Part shown: positions 53,985-64,000 of the stretch, piece by piece
Layout of the letters: each line of letters begins with the position of its first letter
How positions within the stretch are numbered: position 1 is the first letter of the stretch
From: a virus
Strand: one strand, 5' to 3'
IMG/VR virus record: IMGVR_UViG_3300032222_000151
Location: 1-64,000 of that record
DNA length: 64,000 nt
Made by a program: the position numbers and the translations under genes
The notes under the pieces: model-generated
The model's database searches: none
What the model was told of the DNA's origin: nothing
What the model saw: the letters and a program-made list of their open reading frames with translations, nothing else

Positions 53985-54527
53985 TTAAATAGATTCGTTC
54001 CAAATTGGAATAAACCGTCCATCTTCTGTTCTCGTATATGTAAGTATACCATCGCCCATTCTGCGTGTCAACTCTTGTTTGCTAGGCGTAATATCATTTG
54101 TAATTAACTTATCTTTTCTTGGTCTGCCCATATGATAAGAAGCAAGTATATCACGAATCTCTCTTACTTGGGATTCTGAGTAATACGACCTTACCTGAAA
54201 TCCTCTTGCACCACCCTTTTGAGAACCCGTTGGGAAAGGAATAACTCCTCGCTTCATTAAATCTGGTAGATATTTTTTATGACGATTAACTAAATCAGCA
54301 GTCTGACCTACTGTATATGCTCGTTCTCTTTTATTTTTAAACTCATTAATTAGACAACTCTCAATCTGATCTTTGGTAATATTATAAACAGACATAATTC
54401 CATTAGACTTATTGAGATGATGTATTCTAACAAGGTCTCCGTTAAGAAACCAAACCTTTTTGTTACCTGGTATTACAGGTGACTCATTGTATTTTTCGCT
54501 CTCAATTGTTCCCTTTTTAGTAACCAT
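53985..54527 (-). CDS. HTH (MerR-like) DNA-binding protein
   Basis: AYTVGQTADLVNRH...YYSESQV. Confidence 0.7.
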   Translation of the reverse strand: MVTKKGTIESEKYNESPVIPGNKKVWFLNGDLVRIHHLNKSNGIMSVYNITKDQIESCLINEFKNKRERAYTVGQTADLVNRHKKYLPDLMKRGVIPFPTGSQKGGARGFQVRSYYSESQVREIRDILASYHMGRPRKDKLITNDITPSKQELTRRMGDGILTYTRTEDGRFIPIWNESI

Positions 54528-54664
54528 TGTCCCTCCAATGTGTGGCTAGGTGGGTGGAAGAAAAATCTCATTCCGCAAAGCATACAATAAATCTCTATAT
54601 GATTAATCTCTGTATACTGCCTATCTACAAACATTCTTCCTTTGCATTTTTTACATGAAATCAT
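54473..54664 (-). CDS. zinc-ribbon protein
   Basis: CKKCKGRMFVD...CMLCG. Confidence 0.75.
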   Translation of the reverse strand: MISCKKCKGRMFVDRQYTEINHIEIYCMLCGMRFFFHPPSHTLEGQWLLKREQLRAKNTMSHL

Positions 54665-55107
54665 TAATTAGGTATTCCAACTACTATTAGGTTAATTCCA
54701 ATACTAGTATCTCCACCAGTATTAAACTTAACAGTTCCTTCTACCTTAGATGTTGATACGCTTTTTAGCGTTACCGTGACATCTTTACCAGCATCTGTAT
54801 TTCCTATATTAATTGGTGTTGCAGTTACCACAGGTGCGAATTTAAAGTCCGTTGGGAAGTCATAGGAGAATGACTGAGAGGATCCAGCGGTCTGGGTTGT
54901 ACTTGTAGTTACCTGAACGTATCCACCGATTATACGGGCCTCTGAAGCCTTTACACTCTGCTTTCCAGAAGTAGGGGTGTCAACAGTTACATACTTATAT
55001 GTTGAAGGTGATACCTGAACAGACAGATCATTAATAGCCTTAACAATCTGGTAGATGTATGTAACATCTAAGGGCTGTCCTCTTTCTGGTACGGGTAGAA
55101 TTGCCAT
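54664..55107 (-). CDS. putative minor tail/structural protein
   Basis: F...PVVTAT beta-rich domain at the end of the tail cluster. Confidence 0.55.
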   Translation of the reverse strand: MAILPVPERGQPLDVTYIYQIVKAINDLSVQVSPSTYKYVTVDTPTSGKQSVKASEARIIGGYVQVTTSTTQTAGSSQSFSYDFPTDFKFAPVVTATPINIGNTDAGKDVTVTLKSVSTSKVEGTVKFNTGGDTSIGINLIVVGIPN

Positions 55108-55114
55108 ATTATAA

Positions 55115-55546
55115 TTATACCAGAGACCTTACTCCAGAATCATAAACCTTAATTGATGAGTTTATTTCTGGCTTAATCGAAGATATCTGTACAACAACTC
55201 TTACTGAGGCTGTACCATTTTTTAAAAATGAATAACTTGAGGTGTTCGATGTTCCAACATACGATGGGGCTGCACCATCAAATCCAGCAAAAACATCATA
55301 CTGAACTTGGATTGCGACATCTGAACCATTTGACCAGTTTACAAGAATTGTATTTCCAATAACATTTAAATCTCCTGGCAAGACCAATACGGGCTGAGAT
55401 CCAACTAAAAATATTTGAGACCACGCAGACTTTCTGTTTTTATCTTCTGCAACAAGTCTAAATCTTGCCACTCTACCATTTTCAGATGTTACTTTTCCTA
55501 AGAACTCTTTCTTTACGATAACATTCTTTATTCCTGGATCAGCCAT
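55115..55546 (-). CDS. putative minor tail protein
   Basis: Beta-rich, in the tail operon. Confidence 0.55.
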   Translation of the reverse strand: MADPGIKNVIVKKEFLGKVTSENGRVARFRLVAEDKNRKSAWSQIFLVGSQPVLVLPGDLNVIGNTILVNWSNGSDVAIQVQYDVFAGFDGAAPSYVGTSNTSSYSFLKNGTASVRVVVQISSIKPEINSSIKVYDSGVRSLV

Positions 55547-56895
55547 TATAGAACATCCAAAGAGAATCTAAACTCTATATAGTTTGTTGTGTTTGCTGAC
55601 TTAATGATTGTTTTTGCATCTGCATTTTTAATTACAGAGTATCCAGTTAATCCGTAGACAGAGTTTGTTGATGTAACATTTTCTAGTCTAACCGCATCTA
55701 AACATACATAGAAATCTGATGTAGGCTCTTCGTCCTTAATTACGCATGCATATATTCTTACAGTATTGATTTCTGACCAAGAGAAGTCTGTGCTCTTGTA
55801 CAAATCCTGAAGTTCTTTTGATACAACAAAATATCTATTTTCAGAAAAATCATTGTCTTCTCCAGAAACAACTGCCTCAAACCTAGCCCATTTTCCAGTT
55901 CCAAATGTTCCAGTTGATGAAAACTCTATCATGATTCGAACCTCATCTGGAATTGTTACTGCTTCTCCATTTTTATTTATAACAGAAAAAGCAAGCCGTA
56001 GTTCATCTGTTGGAGAGTTTTTGCTAAAGTCAATTGTTGTGTCGCTGAGTTGAATAAAGTTTGATCCAGTCTCTGCTATCAAATGATTTTCAGAGTTTAT
56101 GGTTATGTCAGAATTGTTTCCTGATATTGCAAAAATATTATTTAAAAATCTACATCTTTCATATCGTGCAACTCTATCAGAGTTAGTAAAAACTTTATTG
56201 TCTGCATTGGTTTGAAAAACTGGATATATTTGATTTATTATGTTTGTTTCAACATCATTAATTAAATAGCCAGCAGACACAAAAGTACCAGTAACTGATG
56301 ACGGGGCAGTTGATATAGTAAACGTAGTTGGCGTTGGCACTGTTGCAATGTTTTTGTTTGATAAATTAAATACAACTGGAGATATCTCAGATATTGAAAT
56401 CTCAGTTCCTACAGATAGTCCGTGTGCTGCGTCAGTTGTGTATGTTATTGTTGTTCCAGATGCTACGGCATTTATTATTCTTACAACTCTATCATCTAGT
56501 GGCTCATAAATAGAAGGAATTTCTGTTCCCTGTGATGAGTATTTCCATCCTTCTGAATCAGAAAATGAATAAACATTCTTGCTATCAAACGATCCAGCAG
56601 CAGGATTTGAGGCTGCAGAAAATATTCCTACCTCTGTTATCTCATATCTTTCCTGAGTTGGTAACTCTGCTGTAAGAACAACCTTTGATACCCCGCCCTC
56701 ATTGACGAATCCACGAGATATGATTGGCACACGAAACATTTCAAAGTCAAGTGATTTCTTGTCTGAGTAATCTCCTAGTGTTCCGTCTAGCGGTATAGGA
56801 GATGGTCCACAGCCGACTGCAATATGGGAGGCATAAGATGGTGTTTGACCTACAAGGTACTTTGCTAGGATATTCTTACCTGTATTAGTTATCAT
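55546..56895 (-). CDS. minor tail protein
   Basis: MITNTGK...IAVG...EVGIF tail-fibre-like N-terminus; internal TT.AAHGLSVG beta module. Confidence 0.7.
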   Translation of the reverse strand: MITNTGKNILAKYLVGQTPSYASHIAVGCGPSPIPLDGTLGDYSDKKSLDFEMFRVPIISRGFVNEGGVSKVVLTAELPTQERYEITEVGIFSAASNPAAGSFDSKNVYSFSDSEGWKYSSQGTEIPSIYEPLDDRVVRIINAVASGTTITYTTDAAHGLSVGTEISISEISPVVFNLSNKNIATVPTPTTFTISTAPSSVTGTFVSAGYLINDVETNIINQIYPVFQTNADNKVFTNSDRVARYERCRFLNNIFAISGNNSDITINSENHLIAETGSNFIQLSDTTIDFSKNSPTDELRLAFSVINKNGEAVTIPDEVRIMIEFSSTGTFGTGKWARFEAVVSGEDNDFSENRYFVVSKELQDLYKSTDFSWSEINTVRIYACVIKDEEPTSDFYVCLDAVRLENVTSTNSVYGLTGYSVIKNADAKTIIKSANTTNYIEFRFSLDVL

Positions 56896-57411
56896 TTAAT
56901 TTCCTCCACTATATATTGTACCATCATAGACATCTCCACTTGTCAACACCTGAACCTCTGCCTGCTCGCCATCTTTTATATTTATAAGGTTAATTATTAA
57001 GTCTCCACTTATTGGATCTATATATACAGACTTGCAATTTGGAACCTTCACACCGTCGACCAAATCATAACCATTTCCACATTCTGGCAAGTGATCTAAT
57101 ATAGAAAGAGATAAAGACTTAAAGAATGAGTCTGAAGACTGAAGCCTCAGAACATTGTTAGGATTATATTGCAAGTATAAATCTGTTAAGTTTTTGATTG
57201 GTGTGTATATAATCTTTTGACCATTAACCAAGTCGTGTCTAGAGATTGTTGCTAGTTCGTGTCCACCAATATCTTCAAATATTAGGTCTGTCATTATATC
57301 GATAGACATAACATCTTGATCTTGAAGAATTAAATCAGGAGTAGCAATTTTTACTGAATCATCATCTTCTGATGCTTTTGGATCTGGAAGATCTGCTGTT
57401 GCATTAACCAT
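56896..57411 (-). CDS. putative minor tail protein
   Basis: Coupled within the tail operon. Confidence 0.55.
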   Translation of the reverse strand: MVNATADLPDPKASEDDDSVKIATPDLILQDQDVMSIDIMTDLIFEDIGGHELATISRHDLVNGQKIIYTPIKNLTDLYLQYNPNNVLRLQSSDSFFKSLSLSILDHLPECGNGYDLVDGVKVPNCKSVYIDPISGDLIINLINIKDGEQAEVQVLTSGDVYDGTIYSGGN

Positions 57412-57413
57412 TA

Positions 57414-60400
57414 CTATACCACCTCACTTAAGAACAATGTCATGTCTGGCCCATCTGGACCTTTTGTATAATCTATATTATATACTACAAACCTACTTGA
57501 TGGTGATGACACCATGCTTACACCCTTTTCTTCATAGTCAAGTGTAACGATATCTCCAAGTTGTATTGTTGGTATTGCAAAAATCTTAACTCCTACAGAC
57601 CTTCTAGGCTTGGTTATTTTTTCAACAAGCCACTTCATCAAGGTGTTTGCTTCATCATAAGACTGAATATATGGTGTGTCTAAAGCAAAATCCATTTTAC
57701 CGTATGTCATTCTGCTTAACTTTATGTCCTGATAGTCTTGTTTAAATTTATATGGATTAGATATTAATTTTTCTGCAGCAAACTCAGGATTTGACAACAT
57801 ACTATTTCTATTAAAATATTCATCAAGAGTTATCTTGTTTTCAGACTCCTGAGTAAATGTAACGCCCTGAACTCTAAGATAGTTTCCAGTTGTCTCATCT
57901 AGACTTATGGCTGTGTCTGTTGCATTAAATATTATGAACTCTGCGCCGTATGAGCCAGCCCTGAATCCTGATACAACATACCCCTTTATTTTATTAAAGG
58001 TTGGAGATATTTTTGCTGTTAAGGCTGGGAAGGCTTTGTCATACTTAAAGTTAAATGTTGCTGCTTCTCTCATTATGCTTCCAAACTCTTCAAAATATAT
58101 TTTATACTTTGGTGCTTCGGAAGTTCCAATTCCAGATAGATATGTGTTTTGAATTAGTCCGCTAAGAGCATACTTTCTGAAAGATTCATTGACATCAATA
58201 TCTGAGTCTCCAAAAACTGAGTTGACTGGCGCACCAAGAGAGAATGTGGTGTTCTGTGAATAGTTGTTGCACAGAGCATAGACATTTTCAAACATAGCCC
58301 TTGATGATCCTCGTGAGAACAAAGCAATGTTTGAGTATACTGGCAGTGGCTCAAGGTCATCTACAGTCTTAATTAGTCTGCCATTCATGTATAGGTAGAA
58401 TCTTCTTGTTCTCCCTATGTCTTCATATTCTACTGCTAAATCGTATACCGTTGGATTTTCCTCAGCAACAATTCTTGACTGTCCTGTAAATCTTCCATCG
58501 TCAACAGTGATCTGACCAAGACCATCCCACAACTTTACTGGGATTGCCTTTCCGTTTTCTGATTTAATCTTATAAAAGAAAACATTGCTTACAGTTTCTC
58601 TTTCTTCTTCAGAAAGATTTCCAACTCCTAGAGCAGCAATTTCAAAGTAGTATCCTACGTTTGTTGTTGGATTTAGCATGAAAGCAAGACCACCAGAACC
58701 TCCAGATATATTAATGTTTTTATCTGGTGTGCTACCCTTTACAACATAATATGTAGAAGATCCATTTGATGTTTGTCCTCTGTCAGCATTGTTTTCTATC
58801 TTGCCAACTAGTCTCATTCTTGTTCCAAAATGCTTGTATTTGTTTTCCTCTAACGATCTATGAACGTAAGAGATAAAGTCTCTTGGCTTTTCTTTAGTGG
58901 TAAAGTTTGGTCCAGTAAGAGAGAGCGCTGAAGACTGAAGTGTTCCACTTTGAACCTGGGTAGAAGTGTTAACCTCTTCTATAAAAGATGTTGACATAAA
59001 GTTTTTAATAATTCCGCTTCTAGAAGAAGTTCGTGCTAGAGCATCTGAAGAAACTCCAGCCCCAGTTGTTTTACCTGCTGCAGAAATTGTTGTTGTTGGA
59101 ATTGTCAAATCTTTTTCAAATAGATATTCTGATGCCATAGAGCATCCCTTAACGTTATCGTCTGACTTCCAGTAATCTGCTATTCCAGCAGAGTGTGCAA
59201 CAATCTGAGTTCCAAACTGACCACGACCATGCTTTTGAACATCTCCATTTTGTAAGGCGATGACTCCATCCTTCTCAAAATACTTTGGCTCAGAATATAT
59301 TCTTACTAGGCCAGTTGGATATATCTTTCCATTAAATGGCAACTTTGCAAAATAGTTTTGATAATCTTCTGTAGATGTTATCCACACATTGCCAAACCCA
59401 GAAACATTATATTGCACTGCATCATACTTTATAATTTCTCCTTGAGAGTAAAAGTATCCATTGTATCGTGTAATCCAGTAGGCTGCTTCTCCAAGACTAA
59501 GAGTATTGTTTATAACAATATTGTTTTTAACAACTGGAACATCTGCTGAAAGATCTGAGTTTAAAGGAATTGCACTTAGAACATATGCTGATTGAGTTCC
59601 TACTTCATTATTGATAGACTTTGTATTTTGACTTCCAGAAACTTCCCATAGCAGTGATGGCTTATATGTGTAGTATCTTTCATTATCTACAAGGCTTGCT
59701 TGTCTTAAAGATCCAATAGATCTTTGAATATGTCTTACCTTATAATTTATTACTCCGTCATTATATACAGAGTTGGCTTGTGTTGATACAGAAATTATGT
59801 TAGCCAACTTTGTCTTTGTTGTTTTGTTTTTAAGTTCTCGATCTTCTATAAAATCTTGTGTTCCCTGGAGTGCAAAGGTGGCTGGTCTTTGTGCTGCAGT
59901 TGGCATAATGTAGTCTTTACTCATCATTACAAAGTTGTTGTATTCGTCAAAAAACATTGCTGTCTGAGTTGATATAGCCAAATCCTGAAGAACCTGTGCA
60001 ACACTTTTATCTGGAGCAACAAAAAAATATGGAATAATTATTTCTTTTTCGTTCGCCACTCTTTTAAATGTATAGTTTGAAAATCCTATATGGTCTAAAA
60101 GCAAAGATACTGCAGAACTTACTGACACTTCTGTCATTAAAATTTCTGGAGCAGTTAATGACTCAAGGTACCAATACATATCTCTAAGAGACATTGACAC
60201 ACGCTTTGACATTAGATCTTGCTTTGGAAATGAGTCTGAGTATAGCGTCTTTATTGGAACATAATAATCCCAACCATCCACATCAACAATTACCTCATAA
60301 AACTTAAACTGAGCATGCCTGTTAATATACTTTGAAATAATGCTAGTTGTATTATTAGAGTTAAAGGCTTGATCATAATCAAATAAAGTTATCTGTCCAT

Positions 60401-61703
60401 TTGAAGCAATCAACTGTCCTACTGGCAAACCAGATAGTCCAAGGTCTGATGCACTTTTGTTTATTGAGTAGTCAAGTGTTTTGTCAGAAACATTTAGAAC
60501 AAGTCTAGGGGAGATCTCAATAAGATCAAAAGTGGAGTCCTTTACGTTCATAGTATCTACAACAATTCTTACGCCACTGATATATTCAAACTCTCTATAC
60601 TGTGGCTTTGAATCTATCATTCTAATAAACATATTTGGAGATGTTGCATCTGTTACAAAGTTAGTTAATCTATCTACAGTCTCATCTTGTATATACCATC
60701 CATACTTTGGCACCTTCACTACATACTCTGTACCGTCCCAAATATGGTACTCACCGATATCATTTTCATTTTCTTTAATCAAATAAGCATATCCAACTAC
60801 TGACTGCTCTGGAAGAAGTGCTGCGCTTGTGTAGGTTTCTGCTATAACAAAGTTAAGTCTCCAGTCTTCTGGGACAACTAGGCCATATGCAATTTCTACA
60901 TACCCATCGCTTTTTATTATTGAAGAACCATCTCTTCTTCTTATCGCTGGATCAAAAGATATAACAGTCTCCCAATTTCCGTCTTTAAGAAATTGAATTT
61001 TCCATTTACTAGGAGTTTTTTGATTTAATTCGCCAAAGAATGGATCTGCATAAGCGCCTGACGGTGATGAGAACGGACCAAGGTTTTCTGTACCAGTATG
61101 CGTCTGCATTTTAACCACAACTCTGTTTGTTGGTATTTTTTCTTTATACACAACAAAAGGACAGGCATCCTCAATTGAGTACTGGGATCCACGAACCTTT
61201 GATGCAATGCCATACTCCTGACCTGACTCTGTTCTGTATGAGGTCCAATATTTAAACTTGTCATTTCTGTCTGGCATATAGTATCTTGGTCTGTCTGCCA
61301 TTACAAGATTTGGATGATGAACTTTTCCATTTTCAAAAAATACTGCCTTGTTGATTCCAGATCTTGGTCTAAACTGGCCAAAGCAATCCTCTAAAGAATA
61401 TAGACTTTTTAATTTTTCTTTCTTTGTTAGAAGAGTTGTTGGAATTCCTTCGTCATCAATCGTTCCATCAACAAGCACATCTGCATCTGTTGCTCCTGTA
61501 TAAAAGTTTCCAGCATCATTAATATCAAAACTTGTAGGTAGTGATGAGTATATTGAACCAGACTGCGTTGGCCTATATCTATAATTTCCTATCTGCTTAA
61601 TGTTTGTTGGAATGTTCATGTTCCACTCAGCAGTTATGATTGACTTATTTCTTATTACCGATGAAGTTTCTAAGAAGTTTTGTAAATCTTTATCTTCAAA
61701 CAT
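57414..61703 (-). CDS. large tail tip/baseplate hub protein
   Basis: 1429 aa; FFDEYNNF and P.IQLGDIV hub motifs; second gene after the tape measure. Confidence 0.75.
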   Translation of the reverse strand: MFEDKDLQNFLETSSVIRNKSIITAEWNMNIPTNIKQIGNYRYRPTQSGSIYSSLPTSFDINDAGNFYTGATDADVLVDGTIDDEGIPTTLLTKKEKLKSLYSLEDCFGQFRPRSGINKAVFFENGKVHHPNLVMADRPRYYMPDRNDKFKYWTSYRTESGQEYGIASKVRGSQYSIEDACPFVVYKEKIPTNRVVVKMQTHTGTENLGPFSSPSGAYADPFFGELNQKTPSKWKIQFLKDGNWETVISFDPAIRRRDGSSIIKSDGYVEIAYGLVVPEDWRLNFVIAETYTSAALLPEQSVVGYAYLIKENENDIGEYHIWDGTEYVVKVPKYGWYIQDETVDRLTNFVTDATSPNMFIRMIDSKPQYREFEYISGVRIVVDTMNVKDSTFDLIEISPRLVLNVSDKTLDYSINKSASDLGLSGLPVGQLIASNGQITLFDYDQAFNSNNTTSIISKYINRHAQFKFYEVIVDVDGWDYYVPIKTLYSDSFPKQDLMSKRVSMSLRDMYWYLESLTAPEILMTEVSVSSAVSLLLDHIGFSNYTFKRVANEKEIIIPYFFVAPDKSVAQVLQDLAISTQTAMFFDEYNNFVMMSKDYIMPTAAQRPATFALQGTQDFIEDRELKNKTTKTKLANIISVSTQANSVYNDGVINYKVRHIQRSIGSLRQASLVDNERYYTYKPSLLWEVSGSQNTKSINNEVGTQSAYVLSAIPLNSDLSADVPVVKNNIVINNTLSLGEAAYWITRYNGYFYSQGEIIKYDAVQYNVSGFGNVWITSTEDYQNYFAKLPFNGKIYPTGLVRIYSEPKYFEKDGVIALQNGDVQKHGRGQFGTQIVAHSAGIADYWKSDDNVKGCSMASEYLFEKDLTIPTTTISAAGKTTGAGVSSDALARTSSRSGIIKNFMSTSFIEEVNTSTQVQSGTLQSSALSLTGPNFTTKEKPRDFISYVHRSLEENKYKHFGTRMRLVGKIENNADRGQTSNGSSTYYVVKGSTPDKNINISGGSGGLAFMLNPTTNVGYYFEIAALGVGNLSEEERETVSNVFFYKIKSENGKAIPVKLWDGLGQITVDDGRFTGQSRIVAEENPTVYDLAVEYEDIGRTRRFYLYMNGRLIKTVDDLEPLPVYSNIALFSRGSSRAMFENVYALCNNYSQNTTFSLGAPVNSVFGDSDIDVNESFRKYALSGLIQNTYLSGIGTSEAPKYKIYFEEFGSIMREAATFNFKYDKAFPALTAKISPTFNKIKGYVVSGFRAGSYGAEFIIFNATDTAISLDETTGNYLRVQGVTFTQESENKITLDEYFNRNSMLSNPEFAAEKLISNPYKFKQDYQDIKLSRMTYGKMDFALDTPYIQSYDEANTLMKWLVEKITKPRRSVGVKIFAIPTIQLGDIVTLDYEEKGVSMVSSPSSRFVVYNIDYTKGPDGPDMTLFLSEVV

Positions 61704-62341
61704 TATACTTCTTCCAAGGTAACTGAGACATTCCAGTAATCAAACTTGGTGCCTCTCTTTTCAACAGAGTATGAAAACTCTGATATAAACATCTCTACTA
61801 GTTGATTGTATTGTGAAAGGTGGTCGTACGGTGCTTCTGTGCCCTTAAAAATACCCTTCCTGTCATATGCAAGGAATACCCAGAAAGAACCTTTGTGACC
61901 GTCGTACCATTCAAGCATGTCTGCTCCGCCTGCGCCTCCATCAGTTGTGTAGGCTTTGTATGGGGAAAGTCCAGTCTCCTGATTAAAACTAGGGATGTTT
62001 GCATGTGACCTTGATGGAATCATATCCCAACTAGTACTGATCTTCATCTTGTCTGCAATATGATAAGATCTCATACGACCATTTATCATTCTCTCCCGCT
62101 TTTCAATACGCTCATCTGAAAACTCAAGAGGAGATCTATTGTCGTCTGTAAGCATTAAGAATTGCTCTATTAGCGCTGGATCTGTTATATCTACAGGATC
62201 TGCGCCTACCTCAAGACCGTAAGGTATATATAAACCATTAATCAGGGTGCCAGAGTTTTCAGACCAAAGCATTCCGCTTGGTCTATGATATTTCTTACGA
62301 CTTTGCATGTATGTATACCTTGGATCAACTTCATCTGCCAT
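61703..62341 (-). CDS. distal tail-like protein
   Basis: RMINGRMR...W...SVTLEEV; directly follows the tape measure gene. Confidence 0.7.
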   Translation of the reverse strand: MADEVDPRYTYMQSRKKYHRPSGMLWSENSGTLINGLYIPYGLEVGADPVDITDPALIEQFLMLTDDNRSPLEFSDERIEKRERMINGRMRSYHIADKMKISTSWDMIPSRSHANIPSFNQETGLSPYKAYTTDGGAGGADMLEWYDGHKGSFWVFLAYDRKGIFKGTEAPYDHLSQYNQLVEMFISEFSYSVEKRGTKFDYWNVSVTLEEV

Positions 62342-63998
62342 TTATGTTTACCCCCCTAATTCTTCTATCATCTACCTGCTTGATTGTTGACATTACTGCC
62401 TGTGCAATTTCATTTGGATTAGCATTTGTCTTGGCATTAACAGTTAATGTATATGTATTATTATACACTGAACCGCCAATGGAATCGCCCTTATTAATCT
62501 TTCTCATGGTGTCTACTCCATAAGAGTCTACTGCGTACTTGCTCATTATGAATTCTCCAGGAGTTAACATTGCTGGAACTGTATCAGTCCCCTTGGCAAA
62601 ACCACCGAATGAGAAGTACTTAGGAATTAGTCCTCCAGTTGACCAGTTTCCAAATGCATTTGCTGCTGCTGCATTACCGCCAAACTTCTTTAATATTTCT
62701 TCTTGCTTTCTCTTTGCATCCTTTGCTGCTGCTGCTGCACGAGCAGAATCTGCTGAAGCATTTTCTTTTGCTTTTTTGGCTGCTGCTGCATCTCTTGCTG
62801 CTGCATCTCTTACTGCTTTTTCTTGTGCAAGCATTCCAGGAGTTGGCTTCATAGCATTTTGTATTGCTGCAGCATTTTGTTGATCATACAAACTCTTCAA
62901 GTGAAGTCCTGGAGTTGTTCCAGCATTTTTCATTACGTCTGCAACATTCATATTTTGTTCAAATAGCATTAAGTTCTTTTTTGCATCCAGTGCCATTCTG
63001 TCTAGATCTTCTCTATGCAAAAGTGAACTGTTGTAGAATGGATCAGATGTGTTATTGTTCTTTGCTGGAGTTGTACCACTATTATTTTTTGAGCCCCCAG
63101 TAGATCCATCTGGTGTGCTTCCAGCATTTCCTCTAAACTCTGGATTAGTTCCTGTAGAACCATTACTGCCTGGGTTTATTTTAGGATCATCATCTCCGCC
63201 TGTATCGGTTCCTGTAGCAGTTCCTGTACCAGTTACAGTAGGAGTTCCTGTAGTAGTTCCTGTAGGGTTTATTGGATCAGTATTAACCTTTTGATTTTCA
63301 TATGCTGTTATTAGTTTTGGATATATATCTAATGCATCCTGCATTGCTTTAACAAACTGAGCGCTCTTAATTCTTGCAAGATCTACAAGGTTTTTAATTC
63401 CTTCCCATTCTGCTCTTGTCTTTCCAAGAACAGTTATGCCATCAATCTCTTTCTTTAACTGAATCTCTCTTAGTCTTATTAATTCTTGTGCTGGCTCTAA
63501 CTTTTTTTCTTCTATGTCAAAGATCTCATCTTGAAGTTTTTTAATTTCTGCTTCAAGTTGCTTTCTTGTTTTTCCATCTTTTGTCTTAACTCCTGAGAGT
63601 TCAAACTCTCTTGACTTCTCTAAAGCGTCCTTTTGCTTTGTGGCAGCATCTGCAGCCTCTTTAGCCCTCATGTCTTGAGCAGCCCTTGCTGCTGCTGCGA
63701 TATCTCCAGAGGTCAGGGCTTCCGCTAGTGTTAACTGACCCTTTTGCTGTTCAGAAATTGCTGCATTTGCTTTTTCTACCTGATCTAGGGCAGCAATTCT
63801 TTCATCATATTTTTCATTAATCTTCTTTTCTTGCTCTTCTATCTGCTTTAGGCCTGCCTCTTTGTCATCTATGTCAAACTGTTTTTTTGCAATTTCATTT
63901 TGAGCGGCTTCAATGTCTTTGTTTGCCTGTTTTGTATCAATATCAAACTTTAGTTGGTATTTTTTTTCTTCAACATCAAAAGCCTCTGTTGCCTTATT
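62331..63998 (-). CDS. tape measure protein, C-terminal part (5' partial)
   Basis: Coiled coil, ALTSGDIAAAA, GTDTVPAMLTPGEFIM; the frame continues upstream of the listed ATG toward the window edge. Confidence 0.85.
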   Translation of the reverse strand, partial: NKATEAFDVEEKKYQLKFDIDTKQANKDIEAAQNEIAKKQFDIDDKEAGLKQIEEQEKKINEKYDERIAALDQVEKANAAISEQQKGQLTLAEALTSGDIAAAARAAQDMRAKEAADAATKQKDALEKSREFELSGVKTKDGKTRKQLEAEIKKLQDEIFDIEEKKLEPAQELIRLREIQLKKEIDGITVLGKTRAEWEGIKNLVDLARIKSAQFVKAMQDALDIYPKLITAYENQKVNTDPINPTGTTTGTPTVTGTGTATGTDTGGDDDPKINPGSNGSTGTNPEFRGNAGSTPDGSTGGSKNNSGTTPAKNNNTSDPFYNSSLLHREDLDRMALDAKKNLMLFEQNMNVADVMKNAGTTPGLHLKSLYDQQNAAAIQNAMKPTPGMLAQEKAVRDAAARDAAAAKKAKENASADSARAAAAAKDAKRKQEEILKKFGGNAAAANAFGNWSTGGLIPKYFSFGGFAKGTDTVPAMLTPGEFIMSKYAVDSYGVDTMRKINKGDSIGGSVYNNTYTLTVNAKTNANPNEIAQAVMSTIKQVDDRRIRGVNINGR

Positions 63999-64000
63999 GA

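Noticed and set aside
1-64000. Stop-codon reassignment
   Set aside because: Core genes are full length in the standard code, TAG/TGA end genes at coupled junctions, and no suppressor tRNA was seen.

Overview
The window is part of a large, AT-rich tailed-phage (siphovirus-like) genome. WhiB, a mycobacterial-type AhpC/AhpD pair, pervasive leaderless genes and actinobacterial-style secreted proteins point to an actinobacterial host, probably a low-GC freshwater one. The gene set resembles the large Streptomyces BE/BK-type phages. Bases 1-22.5 kb are mostly + strand: early/accessory genes, six tRNAs, redox enzymes and 2OG-Fe(II) oxygenases. Bases 22.5-64 kb are - strand: Hsp20, WhiB, a sulfur/nucleotidyl cassette, endolysin, carbamoyltransferase, surface proteins, terminase, RuvC/Cas4/RecA, DnaE/SSB/primase/DnaB, tail genes and the 3' end of the tape measure gene. 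The strongest non-coding signals are: (1) a bacterial oriC-type unwinding module at 5003-5123 (eight DnaA-trios next to tandem perfect DnaA boxes); (2) a covarying 26-32 nt H-type pseudoknot in three copies, two of them between a stop codon and a tRNA with an identical 5-nt spacer; (3) a promoter-driven ~110-nt candidate ncRNA; (4) a ROSE-like thermometer on the Hsp20 leader; (5) a promoter buried in an RBS-occluding hairpin. All calls come from reading motifs by eye; no searches or folding programs were run.
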